The notes: generated by a model from the letters alone, not told the origin. DNA of 64,000 nucleotides from Chrysomallon squamiferum (GCA_012295275.1 CM022666.1:3162001-3226000); one strand, 5' to 3'; counted from the stretch's first letter, positions 1 through 12,090 are shown. Numbers and translations are program-made.

Positions 1-670
1 TTTATTACTACTGCTACTACGACTGTTAATCGACAATTGTTAGAGCCCTAACATTATTACTGCTAGGCAAAAATAGTAGTCATCAAAAATATACTGTCGT
101 TTCTTTTATTGCACGTTCACATCAGATCTCCAGGGTTTATAAGAAAAAAATCTTAACTCGAATAAAAATTTAACTTGAACAGATCTAGCACGATAAATCT
201 CAACTTTAGTATATTCACTTTAAATTAAAACTTTTTTTTATATTATTATATTTTTTTTTTTTACATGCATTTTTCCTTTATTCAAAATTCCAAACGAACA
301 TTAAATTACTGCTGTCATGAATTTCAGTCTTCCATCTACATATCGTTGGAGTAAAATTATACTCAAGCGGCCTGAAGTAATATTATGGTGTTTTTTTTTT
401 TTTTTAGTTTTAAAATCTTTTCCGCTGCAAATGATCGGTTATTTGCGTGTCGTAATTTCACGTGTTGGGTACGTGCAGATCAATAAGTGAGATAAAATGA
501 CGCCCTTGGATGCTGTTTGTAACGTGGAATATTAAAAGAGGTTTCGAATGCGATGGAAATTTTTCAGACGCTGATATTAAGAAATGCAAAGCGTTTTAGT
601 TATTTGTTATTTGAGTCGTTAGGGTTCAAAGTGAATGGACTGCAAATCGCGACTCTGTCTGTCTGTCTCT

Positions 671-709
<39 letters not shown>

Positions 710-753
710 AATTATACATATATACAGATATATACTCTCTCTCTGTGTCTCTG

Positions 754-853
<100 letters not shown>

Positions 854-907
854 GAATGTGTGTGTGTGTGTGTGTCTGTGTGTGTGTTGGTGTCTCTCAT
901 TGTATAG

Positions 908-938
<31 letters not shown>

Positions 939-1150
939 TATAAAGTCACACTTATGTGTATACACTCACGCACACGTGTAGATGAATGCGTGTGTGTGTA
1001 ATTGTATACATGTATATAGGAATAAAATCGTCCATAAAAACAAATAGAAAAATTTCTCAAATCCTATGTTGTTTATCGTCTGCAGATTTGTTATCTGTTG
1101 ACATTGCATAATAAGCGAATTGTTTTTAATTTATTTTATTTTATTTTATT

Positions 1151-1185
<35 letters not shown>

Positions 1186-1249
1186 TTTTATTTATTTATA
1201 CACATTTTGCTGTTTGAATCTTTTGCTACGACATTACTTTTCATTTAAG

Positions 1250-1357
1250 TGCATATTATTTGCATCTTTTTTCACCTATTTGACATTACTCTGCAAGCAT
1301 TTACATTTTATGCACTTATTTGCATTATTATGCCTTTATTTGCATGATAATTTGCAC
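1250..1357 (+). repeat. Degenerate 10-bp-period repeat containing octamer ATTTGCAT motifs
   Basis: ATTTGCAT at 1258, 1318 and 1338, ATTTGCAC at 1350. The intervening 10-mers resemble TTATTTGCAY. Confidence 0.6.
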
Positions 1358-1520
1358 CCTGCTTACAGAAAATATTTCTTCTTACGTCTTTTTTTTTACT
1401 ATAATTTACATTAATTCGAACTGATTTCTATTATTTTATAATTTGATTTTTACTGACTGTAAAGATTATCATTATGAAAGGGATTATGTAATTTTAAAAA
1501 CATGTTTTTTTTTTTTCTAG

Positions 1521-1691
1521 TCGAAGGTAACTGGAGTTACTGGAGTGGGTGGAGCCCGTGTTCGCGCGCGTGCGGGGGCGGGACTATGAAGAGAACGCGC
1601 ACGTGCACCAGCCCCATGCCCTCGTTTGGGGGGAAGGGCTGTGAGGGGGAGAGCTGGGAGGCGGAAGATTGCAACAAACTTCCTTGTCCGC
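1521..1691 (+). CDS. Internal exon encoding a thrombospondin type-1 repeat (TSP1/TSR); upstream exons probably lie before the window
   Basis: Acceptor (T)n-CTAG ends at 1520 and donor C|GTAAGT starts at 1692. The exon is 171 nt, phase 1-1. Translation xEGNWSYWSGWSPCSRACGGGTMKRTRTCTSPMPSFGGKGCEGESWEAEDCNKLPCP has WxxWxxW, CSxxCG, RxRxC and six Cys of the properdin/thrombospondin-type TSR. GC content jumps sharply relative to the flanks. Confidence 0.95.
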
Positions 1692-1702
1692 GTAAGTGTC
1701 AA

Positions 1703-1791
<89 letters not shown>

Positions 1792-2068
1792 ACTCACTCA
1801 CTCACTCACTCACTCTCTCACTGAGCCATTGAAATCTATATTTTCACAACTTGTTTCATTATGGTTTGGACGAACGATTCAGGGAATCCATTAATACTGT
1901 ATTAGCGTTAATATAATCAACCACAAACGACCCCAAATCTACAAAACAACGTAAATCATACCACACAAACTGCTGTATAACGTGACTGTTGTACTCCATA
2001 ACATTTTCCCCATCTTCCTTATACCACAATAATTTCAAGAACTTCCCTAATAATAATAATAATAATTA

Positions 2069-2266
2069 TGATAATAATAATGACAATAATAAAAATGTAA
2101 ATTCACAGAAGGTACAATATATTTCGTATACTACGTCATACAATACACAATAATGACGTAATAAATTTAGCTTAGTATCAGACCATTACAAGCTACCCTT
2201 TGCAGCCGAAATTTTAAGTAGCATTAAAATAATAAGAAAACGAAACAAAGAAAGACGAGAAAAATT
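2069..2266 (+). repeat. Left arm of ~190-bp inverted repeat (intronic)
   Basis: 2101-2173 is the exact reverse complement of 7444-7516 (73 bp). 2246-2266 exactly complements 7363-7383. The intervening and outer parts align with a few mismatches and one indel. Confidence 0.93.
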
Positions 2267-2353
2267 CATTTCATTAATTATAAATTTATAATTGTTTTGT
2301 TTTTTTAACTTTTATTTATTTATTTTCTTAATTTTTCGTTGTTTGTTTTTAAG

Positions 2354-2554
2354 CTTTGCCTGCAAACTTCAACATATCAGCGTGCGCAAAGAGCGACTTC
2401 ATGTGCTCCAGTGGTAAGATGTGCATCAGCAGAGAGCAGTTCTGCGACGACATCGTCCAGTGCCACGACGGCAGTGACGAAGAACGCTGTTACAACTTCA
2501 ACGATGATGAGATAGGCTCCGTCCGCTACAGGTTCTCAAAGAGTGGCAGTCAAC
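2354..2554 (+). CDS. Internal exon encoding an LDL-receptor class A (LDLa) module plus linker
   Basis: Acceptor TTTTTAAG ends at 2353 and donor C|GTGAGT starts at 2555. The exon is 201 nt, phase 1-1, in frame with the TSP1 exon. It encodes CAKSDFMCSSGKMCISREQFCDDIVQCHDGSDEERC (six Cys and the Ca-binding DxSDE motif), preceded by an NIS sequon. Confidence 0.93.
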
Positions 2555-3362
2555 GTGAGTAGTTTCTGTTTTCTTCTCTTTCAACGTGAATGAATGAATG
2601 AATGGATGAATGAATAGAAAAATAAATTTAAAAAATGGAAAAATTAAATGAATAAATTAATAAAGAATAATGAATGAAAGCAAAACAAACAAAAAAAAAA
2701 AAAAAAAAAAAAACAAAAAAAAAACCCCACATAAATACTGAAATAAAATACAGAAAAAAGCATATAATGTAATGTAATGTAATGTAATGTAATACAATGC
2801 AATACACTACAATACAATATATAATATATAATATATAATATAAAATATATAACATATAATATATAATATATAATTTAATATAATATAATGTAATGAAATG
2901 TAATACAATGCAATCTACTACAATACAATGAAACGTAATGTAATAAAATAAAATAAAATATAATGCAATAAAGTGTAATATATAATAATGTAATACAGTA
3001 TAATAAAATATATAATATGATATGGTATACTGTTCTATACTTTAATACAATATTGTGTAATGTGATGTAATATATAAATAAATAACTGGAGCTAGACTCT
3101 AAAGAGCAGCGGTAGAGGTACTAAAGTCAAATTTGTTTTTATTATTGTTTGCTGTTGTTGTTTTATAGTTTAATAATTTCTACATGAATTATTTCTAAGA
3201 TTATACTGGTTAAACAATGTTCCCTGCTCTTCAAAACGTATCTGACACCATATTTAATACATATAAAATATATATACGTAAAATGAAATTTCAACCAACA
3301 TTCAATTTTTTTGTTTTATCTAGGTTATAAATATTGTTTTAAATATATTTTATCTTTTTCAG

Positions 3363-3433
3363 TTGTTTATCTTTCTGGATCATTGCTGGCTGCAGTGTGG
3401 ATTTCAAATATTTTCAACATGTTGATGTTATAA
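3363..3433 (+). CDS. Terminal coding exon: hydrophobic C-terminal tail, GPI-anchor-signal-like
   Basis: Acceptor TCTTTTTCAG ends at 3362. Joined in phase 1 to the LDLa exon it gives ...RFSKSGSQ-LVYLSGSLLAAVWISNIFNMLML* with TAA at 3431-3433. Small residues S-G-S are followed by an uncharged tail and no cytoplasmic segment. Confidence 0.78.
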
Positions 3434-3631
3434 CATAATGTTACTCCAGAAACTTTGTTATTATAAATTTCTTGCTCCAGAACTAACACATAATAATTTT
3501 GAATAGATAATGATTATGGAAATGACATTTAGTTTGAGATAATGGATTTCGTTTCTAAATGTCAGTGACGAAAAAAACCCGTACCAGTGAGAATTAGAAA
3601 AGAAAAAAAAAACTTTCTTAAATTAAAAAAT

Positions 3632-3675
<44 letters not shown>

Positions 3676-3812
3676 TATATATATATATATTGATTGCCAT
3701 TCGTTGAGGGAATTTATAATATAATGTTGAATAAGGAACAAAGAAAAAATATTTCAGAAGGTTTTTAGAACGAACTGTATTTTTGGAAATGTTTAAAATA
3801 CCAGTAATGTAT

Positions 3813-3847
<35 letters not shown>

Positions 3848-4500
3848 GATGACAGAATTGGTATAACATGAAATGAGGTCACAACAAAATGGCGGACCGT
3901 TTGGAATAACAAAATACGAAACAGAAAACAAAATTTATAATTGTAGAGGACGCTATGGGGCTTCTTTATAATCACGCTAATTACAGAACACAAACAAAAT
4001 GGTTTGCAGACGTTAATGGAATCCTTGCATACTGAAGTGAGCGGTTTAAAATCTAAATGATGTTTTTCGAAATCACAAATCAGAAACCGACAAAAAGAAC
4101 CGATGTTGTTAAAGGGGATCGTTCGATAAATGATTCAAAAGGTTAAAAGAGATTGTTTCGAAGTCGTAAAATTAAAAGCAAGTCAGGTAAAATGGTTGCA
4201 GATGTTAAAGGGAAAGTTCACAAAACACACAAGAAAACGCAGAATGGTTGTAAATATTAAACGAGTTGATCAAAAGCGTAAGATTGAAAAGTGCAACTGC
4301 AAAATACTGAAGATAATATTTGGACTCTTCAAAATAATAAATCGGGGGGGAAAAAAAGTTGATAACGTTATGGTTATTGTTCCAAAATCAAAAAAAAAAC
4401 AGGAACTGAAGACAGCAAAAAGGAATGAAAAAGAAATACTGCATGTCGAATTACTGAATAAAATTGAATAAAATGAAGAATGTTGTAAATGGTTTTCTTC
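3434..4500 (+). other. Putative 3' UTR of the TSP1-LDLa-GPI gene (3' end uncertain)
   Basis: SSR-poor unique sequence follows the stop. Candidate AATAAA at 4336, 4457, 4467 and distally 6942, but AATAAA is common in this DNA, so the end cannot be fixed. Confidence 0.4.
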
Positions 4501-5320
4501 AAAGCTTGGAATAGAACTGAGAGGAATGATACGTGAGACAATATAGACAAAAAGGATGTACTGATGTCTCAAGAGTTTGACCTTCGTCGATACCAGCTGT
4601 TGTTTTCGTATTCAGAACAATGAGCGAGAGATTTCTATATTTGTATTTACGTTATGTGTAACAAATACACAATGATTTATTGTTCGTGTCGGAAATTAAA
4701 TTCAAAATCTGTCACATGAATCGTTGATGATGAATTGTACAGTTTCTTGAATCTGTTCTATTACTGGCGGTGTCTGTTACAAAACATGTGTATGTTGTTT
4801 TTGTTTTTGTTTTTTGTTTTTTTAACGAAAGAGAAGTCATTTCTGTACAAACAAAGACTAAAGACTGAAACAAAAAAGAAGAAATATTTCAAAGATATCA
4901 GTCAGTCTGGTCAAAGAACTGGAAATGATTAAAGAAACAAGCAGGATGGAAAAACTGAAAAAAAAAAAATAAAATAAAATAAAATAAATTCTTAACGTTG
5001 TCAAGTTTGGTGATAGCAGAAATCGTGTATTACTTCGTGAGTTGATCACCAAGAAGAAAATGGAAATGATTGGACATGGAAAACGATAAAAAAAATTAAA
5101 AAAATTAAAAAGAAGATAACTCTACAGCATTATCCGAAATTCATGTTACAGAATCTGCAACGACGTCAGCGCTACAAGAGCAAGGATAACACTGAACAAC
5201 AACAGCTGCAAAATAAGAATAATTTCTGCATTTTATTTCAGGTTTTATGACATGATGGCCTTTGCAAAACTCTGCAAGAAGAAAACAGTTTTCACTTCAC
5301 AGGACTTGGACGTTTATTCC

Positions 5321-5432
5321 TACGTCACAGAACCAATCAGTCATCAGCAATTTTCAGAAAAAAAACTTTTTTTTTTTTTTAATACGACGAAATTCTTTTG
5401 TATAACCAATCACTCTCGGTCGCCATTTTGTT
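5321..5432. promoter_or_regulatory. Promoter-like cluster: two CCAAT boxes, CRE half-site, YY1-like site
   Basis: TACGTCA 5321, AACCAATCA at 5331 and 5404, CGCCATTTTG 5421-5430. Confidence 0.35.
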
Positions 5433-6962
5433 AGTGTTTTTTGGTGCTGTTTTATGAAAGAAGGAAGATCAGAGGAATTTGTTACAGAAACAGGAACATT
5501 TTCGGAAGAGCTTAAACTGCGAATGATAAAAAAGTGAAAGAATCGAAATATGTCATTCCAAACAAACATGTGTTATTATCACACGTTGTGAAAAGAAACC
5601 TGATGAAAATTGTCGAATATTTTTCCGAGGTGAAGAATAAACAATAATGAAAATTATTCAAGGTGATTCATGACCATATTATTTTTTTTTTTTTTTTTTT
5701 TTTTTTTTATCAAAATAAGCTTTCAGTTTTATATTTGATGACTATTGTCTTTAAAATTATCAAGAAAAGGAAATTATTGTGGGGTGTTTTTTGGGGTCTA
5801 ATTGGTAAAATCTACAACTTATATGATGGTTATTTCCATTTTTAAAGAATGTTATATCAAAATAATTTCTTTTATGAATTGAAGAAAGTAACAAATTTAC
5901 GTCAAAGGGAATATCTGATTGGTATAATGAAGAAATTGTATTTAAATGTATAATTTAACAAAATACAATTTCTTAGTTTCATCATTCTTGAGTTTTTGAA
6001 AAAAAAGAAAAAAAAATTAATAAATTTATCTCAAAGCTCATAAAATATAATTGCATAATTTGTTTTACTGTAGATGATTATTTAGATATTAGACATTAAC
6101 TATGATTATGTGCATGTAGTCAAGACAAAATCACAGACTATATTAATTTTTTAAACATTTTTAATGAATTTTTATAACAAAAGGTTAAGGCTTAGATATT
6201 TTTTAGATAAACTATGGTTGAAAATCTACAGAAAAAGTCGTAGCAAATATTATGAATTTTAAAAATATGTAGAAAAAAAAGTCTAAGAACTGTGTACTCT
6301 AACTGAAACCAAGGTCCAGAAATTTTCCTTTACATTAAAGCAAAGGAAAAAAAAGAAAAAAGAAAAATTCAGAAATCTAACACTGGATTATGTTAACTAT
6401 CAACAGTTTTTAATACATTTTTAAACTGTGCTTATTACACGTTTGAAGACAAACAGAACGGCTGCTCTGCTTATTATTATTATTATTTGCTGAATATAAA
6501 ATGAAGTGTAGACTATATATTAAATATAGAGAGTGTTAAATGCAAGGAGAAATAATCAAATATATCTTATGCATTCCAGTATAACTTTTTTTTTTTCTTT
6601 TTAAATATTTTTCTCATATTTGTATATGTATGTATGTATATATATGATATTTGAAGATGTTTGTTTTGACATATAATGTTTGTATAATATATTTTGTTTT
6701 GACATATAACATTTGTAATGTATATTTTATTTTGCTGTTACAGTATTTTCTGTAATAATTATCTCTAAAAATACGACTGTGACCTTTACAGTATTCGCTG
6801 ATATTAATAAATATCCCAGGGGGTTTAGAGACTAAGATAATGAGGTGAAAAACAAACGGAACTAAATAGATGGACAGACAGATAGATAGAGAGATAAATA
6901 AATAAATAAATAAATACAGTTTGTAAATATAACAATTTGTAAATAAAACAATTATAAATTTC

Positions 6963-6995
<33 letters not shown>

Positions 6996-7362
6996 AGTAA
7001 AACAGATAAAAATTATAAAAACAAAAAATTAAATAAATTTTTTAAAAATATATAAAAGTTAAAAAAAAAATGTATAAATTTATAATTAATGAAATGAATA
7101 AAAAATTAATATAATCAAAACAAATAATGAACAGTTAATTTTGTTATGGTAACAATATTTCTATTTTTATTATTATTATTTATTTTATTAATTCTAATAG
7201 GGTTATGTCACAGTTAACTATATATTTAGAAATAGTATCAGCATTATCAAGTTGAACACTTCAACAGGGTAGAGCTATTAGAGCTGTCTTCCATGATGCA
7301 GTAATTCATTTAATTTTCTTTTTCTTTCTTTCATTCATTCCTACTTTCTTTCTTTCTTCTTT

Positions 7363-7548
7363 AATTTTTCTCGTCTTTCTTTGGTTCTACATATGCCACT
7401 TCATATTTCGGCTCCAAAGGGTAGCTTGTAATCGTTTAATATAAAGCTAAATTTATTACGTCATTATTGTGTATTGTATGACGTAGTATACGAAATATAT
7501 TGTACCTTCTGTGAATATATATTTTCATTATTGTCCTTATTATTATCA
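7363..7548 (-). repeat. Right arm of ~190-bp inverted repeat
   Basis: Reverse complement of 2069-2266. Both outer ends run into (TAA)n/(TTA)n tracts. Confidence 0.93.
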
Positions 7549-7560
7549 CTTTTATTATTA

Positions 7561-7617
<57 letters not shown>

Positions 7618-8876
7618 TATTATTATTATTGTTATAATTATTATATCATCATTGTTATTATTATTATTGTTATTATTAAATTTGCAGAACATATTTATTT
7701 TTTATTGAAGTACATGAAAGTTTCGTAAATATTAGGCATAAATGTCTATTCAGTTAAATTTTTACGCAACGAATATTTTGTCTTTTGTCATTTGTATTTT
7801 GGATCGTTTATATACCGTTGTTGTTACAAAATTGTTACTGTTGATGAATTAACGAAATTAAACATTTTAATATTTCTCAAACAGGCGCCCTCATTTTGCA
7901 TTCTTCAAAATATGACTAGCTATATGACTTTAGATCTTATATATATACATATATATTATATATAGTATAGTGCAAAGGTGTTAAAAGAAGATGCGTTTTG
8001 TAGTAATACATCGATTGCAAAGCACCATACAAAATACAGAGACAAATAAGATGACATTGAAATTCAGATAAACACAGCCCCATATACACGTCAAAACTTA
8101 TATTGTGGCAACATCAATAGCAACAGGAACGGCGACGTCAATTAATGCTACATTCTGGACTTTGTAAAATATATTTTATTTAATCTGCTACGTAAATGAA
8201 CAGGAACATGATTAGAACCAGCGGCAAAGATGCTATTGAAAAAAAATGAAAATTAAAAAATTAAAAATACGACACTGATAGCACATCATTAGTAACAACA
8301 ATAACAACAACAACAACAACAACAACAACAGTGATGATGTTGATAATAGTAGCAGTTAGAACAGCAACAGTGTACTTTTGCACTTGTATATATATACACA
8401 CATTCTTACAAAGACAGATATACATACAATGACCAACGGCATTTCTTGAATGTCCACATATCTGACCAGCTTTTCGTACTTTAACAATGATAATTAATGA
8501 TAATAATACAGGAAAAAAAAAAAAAAAAGAAAGGATAATTTATATCTTCTAATTAGAAATCATCAGTTATAAATAGTTTGTCCTTAACAATAGTTGTGAC
8601 GTAATAAGCACGATCGTTATCGAAACACGCCTGAACTGATGAATGTCATTTTCATTCAGAAATGTCGAACTACGTAATCTTAATCATTAATTTCATAAAC
8701 CGTCAACACTCAGAAATATATATATATATATTACAGGGCATATTCAGGCGCACACATGCATTTAAATAAGCATGCACACACATACGACACACGCGTACAC
8801 TATTATACAAAAAACAACAACAACAACTGTAAAATCATTAGGAGAAGATAATCATTTACACATAACAAATTCCACA

Positions 8877-8960
8877 GCACATGCGCATTCGATTGCCATA
8901 TTTGTACTTCCGCTTCGCCCGAGCGCGCGCGCTGCCTTGTATATTCTGTGATATTTGTGC
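8877..8960. promoter_or_regulatory. Core-promoter-like CpG cluster
   Basis: NRF1-like GCACATGCGCA 8877-8887, ETS ACTTCCG 8906-8912 and palindrome AGCGCGCGCGCT 8922-8933, followed by a pyrimidine-rich 5'-UTR-like stretch. Confidence 0.45.
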
Positions 8961-9260
8961 CATTCCTTCTAGATCATTCGTTTTGTTGTTTTTTCTTTCT
9001 TCCTTTTTTCTTGTTTTCTTTCCATCCTCTGCTTTTTTGTATCTTTATTAATGTTAATTATAAATGTCTGTGGTTATTTTTTTGGCTTCAAATAATGTCC
9101 TGTAGCTATTTTTGTTTTTAAAATTGTTATACACTTGTTGACAATCGAGCAATGTTCGGAAATTTTCGGTTGTGTCTGGCGAAATAATTTGGTTTTTTGG
9201 TTTTGTTTTTATTCATTTTAATCTATTTTTCGCTGCTTGTCTTGTTTCAAATTAGAATTC

Positions 9261-9299
<39 letters not shown>

Positions 9300-9916
9300 T
9301 CAGCATTTAATCGTCATGTACATAGTATAACCAGTTCATATTCGTCCCATTTCGATTCATTCCGGTACCGTTCGTAACAATTCGTAATCGTTCGTCCGTT
9401 TACTCGTTTAATCTCGTAATGAAGATAGCGAAGTTACTTAAACATTCATGATTATTTTGTTTATCTAAATACTTTACCAAGTTTAATGTGACAGATATTT
9501 TTTAGTAATTACATGAAATTTAATCACATTTTCACTGGATACATTTCAAATTTGTACCATATTTTGGAGTCTATTCGAATAAAATATAAATGAAATCATT
9601 ATTATTATTTTTCACCCGAATAAAACTCGCTTGCTATAAATTTAAATTTTGGTTTAACCATCATTTTTCTATTGTTTTTTAACGAGATTGTTATTTACGA
9701 TTGTCATTGGCATATTAAAGTTGCTTGCTTAATCTGATGTATATAAAATTATATATATCACAATGACATGAAAATAATAAAATTATATCACTGGTATTGT
9801 GTTTTGTTTTCTGTATTTATTTACCTGTTATTCTTTCTCTCTGTCTGTCTCTCTCTCTCTCTCTGGCTGTCTGTATATCATTCCTTCTCTCTGTCTGTGT
9901 CTGTCTGTCTGTCTGA

Positions 9917-10011
<95 letters not shown>

Positions 10012-10877
10012 CCAACACATTTCTCATTCATTTTATCCTTGTAATTCTGTCCTCCATCTCTGTCCCTTTCTCATTCTCTGTCTCACCCTCTGTCTCTCCT
10101 CTGTCTCTCACTCTCCTCTCTTGGCTTTTCATTAACAGAGTCCCCCTCCCTGTTCACTAATGTTTTCAGAAAGTTTTTACACTGCCATCATAAACATCCT
10201 GCTCTCATTCTCACATTTCACACACATAATCAACCTCCTTAAACAATAACGTAATTTTCATTCACAGCTTTGTTTGCTTATTACTCAAATTACGTCCCCG
10301 AGGTTAAACGTACAGGAATTTTACAGGTAAAGCTTGTGGGTTGGGCTTGAGGTAACGTAGATCAGACAAGTTACAGATTAAAAATTACCGGTGTCAGTTA
10401 TGTGTAACTAAAAAAAAAAAAATAATAAAAAAAAAAAAAAAATTAGGGATTGTCTAAAATAAAGCAAACAAGTATTTCGATTAATATGTGTGTATTTTTT
10501 GTAAGAACAAAGAAAATTTATTTCATGAGAGAACATGTAGGTACTCGAATCTCACTGAACAATTATTTTATCTCGAATAGGTGCCTGCTTCCCCCCTTAC
10601 CTCCCTTCACTGGGTTTGAACCTGTTTGAATGTTTTCATTTGTTACATGCTGGCTAATGGTCTTGAAATATAATACAGCGTTTGCAAATTAACCATCCGT
10701 GAAAAACAGTTGACTTGATTTGTTTAGAAAACGGGTAAATAACATGATGTCAGTATGACCTGACAGTATTGAATAATTTTGTATCTGTGTGTTTCATTTA
10801 TTTATTTATTTAATTATTTAATTCTTCTTCTTCTTCTTTTTCTTCTTCTTCTTCTTCTTCTTCTTCTTCTTCTTCTT

Positions 10878-10908
<31 letters not shown>

Positions 10909-10966
10909 TTATTATTTTTTTTTTACGTAGGAAGATATGTATTCATGTGTGTATGTATATGTATAT

Positions 10967-11010
<44 letters not shown>

Positions 11011-11216
11011 GAAACATATATTTGTATGTATGTATGTATGTATGTATGTATATATGCTTATATGTATGTATATATGTATTTATGACTTGTATGTATGTAT
11101 ATACACATACACACATACACATAAATACACATACACATACCTATGTGTATATATGTGTGTGTTTGTGTATGTATGTAAACTGATTGAGCATTTAAATATG
11201 TGTATTCATATTTAAA

Positions 11217-11256
<40 letters not shown>

Positions 11257-11609
11257 CGTACGTAGATAACGACATATTTGTTTTTAAAGTAATACTTAAC
11301 TTCACATATCACCTGTGACATTTCACAGCGAGCAAAAGATGTTCTGTTTACATGTAACAACATACAGCATACACAACACATGATGTGGCTATTAGGACTG
11401 TAATGGTGTACATAATGGACGAGAAAAACAGAATAAATCTCTTGTTATAAGATAAATGGGGATATTTAGTGGACAGAAATGGCAGTAATTGTTAGGGACA
11501 TATTCAAATAAGAAAAACAACATAATTAACATACTACACTTTTACGGAAAAACAAGATTGCTAGAAAATACAGGAATATGTTGTTTATTTAATATTTACG
11601 TACTCACTG

Positions 11610-11763
11610 GTGCTGTTGCAGCTATTGCTACTACAACTACTACTATTACTACTACTACCACAACTTCTACAACTGCTATTATTACTACTACTGGTACTGT
11701 TACTACAGCTACTGCTATTACTACTGCTACTCCTATTACTACTGCTACTACCACTACTACTGT

Positions 11764-11800
<37 letters not shown>

Positions 11801-12090
11801 GCTGCTGCTTCTACTACTACTACTACTGCTTCTGCTGTTACTACTACTACTACTACTACTACTGCTACGGCTGATGGTGGTACTACTATACTACTACTAA
11901 TGTTACTACTACTACACTACTTTTGGAACGACTACCACAGCCGCAGCTATTATTGTTACAACTACTACTATTGCTATTACTTCTGCTCCTCCTCCTCCTC
12001 CTACTACGACGACAACAACCTCAACCACTACTACTAGCGCTTTCGCTACTATGGCCACCACTATTATTTCCACAACTGCTACTACCAAAA
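11610..12090. repeat. Degenerate (ACT)n trinucleotide block
   Basis: ACT/GCT/ATT triplets. Similar blocks lie at 29235-29780, 38610-39075, 48050-48320, 49240-49440 and 50460-50810. Confidence 0.9.

Noticed and set aside
1521-2554. Assignment to a named gene (complement C6-C9, SCO-spondin, hemicentin, UNC5, semaphorin-5)
   Set aside because: Only the last domains are visible, and the ending TSR-LDLa-hydrophobic tail does not match those architectures, so no symbol is given.
4130-4471. 113-aa Lys-rich ORF downstream of the GPI exon
   Set aside because: Its composition follows from A-rich UTR-like sequence, and no motif is recognisable.
7241-7300. Small multibranch RNA fold (GCATTAT/ATGATGC closing a GTTGAA-CAC-TTCAAC hairpin)
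   Set aside because: The stems are short and do not fit SECIS, snoRNA or tRNA consensus. Chance cannot be excluded without an Rfam or covariation search.
10268-10326. Possible 59-nt non-coding exon (TTCACAG|...CAG|GTAAAG)
   Set aside because: Splice signals are only moderate and nothing else supports it. It needs RNA-seq.
10758-10770. ACCTGACAGTATT, reverse complement of part of miR-8/miR-200-family mature sequence
   Set aside because: Only ~13 nt match, the rest of the mature sequence differs, and I see no precursor hairpin. No other conserved miRNA, tRNA or rRNA was recognised by eye.
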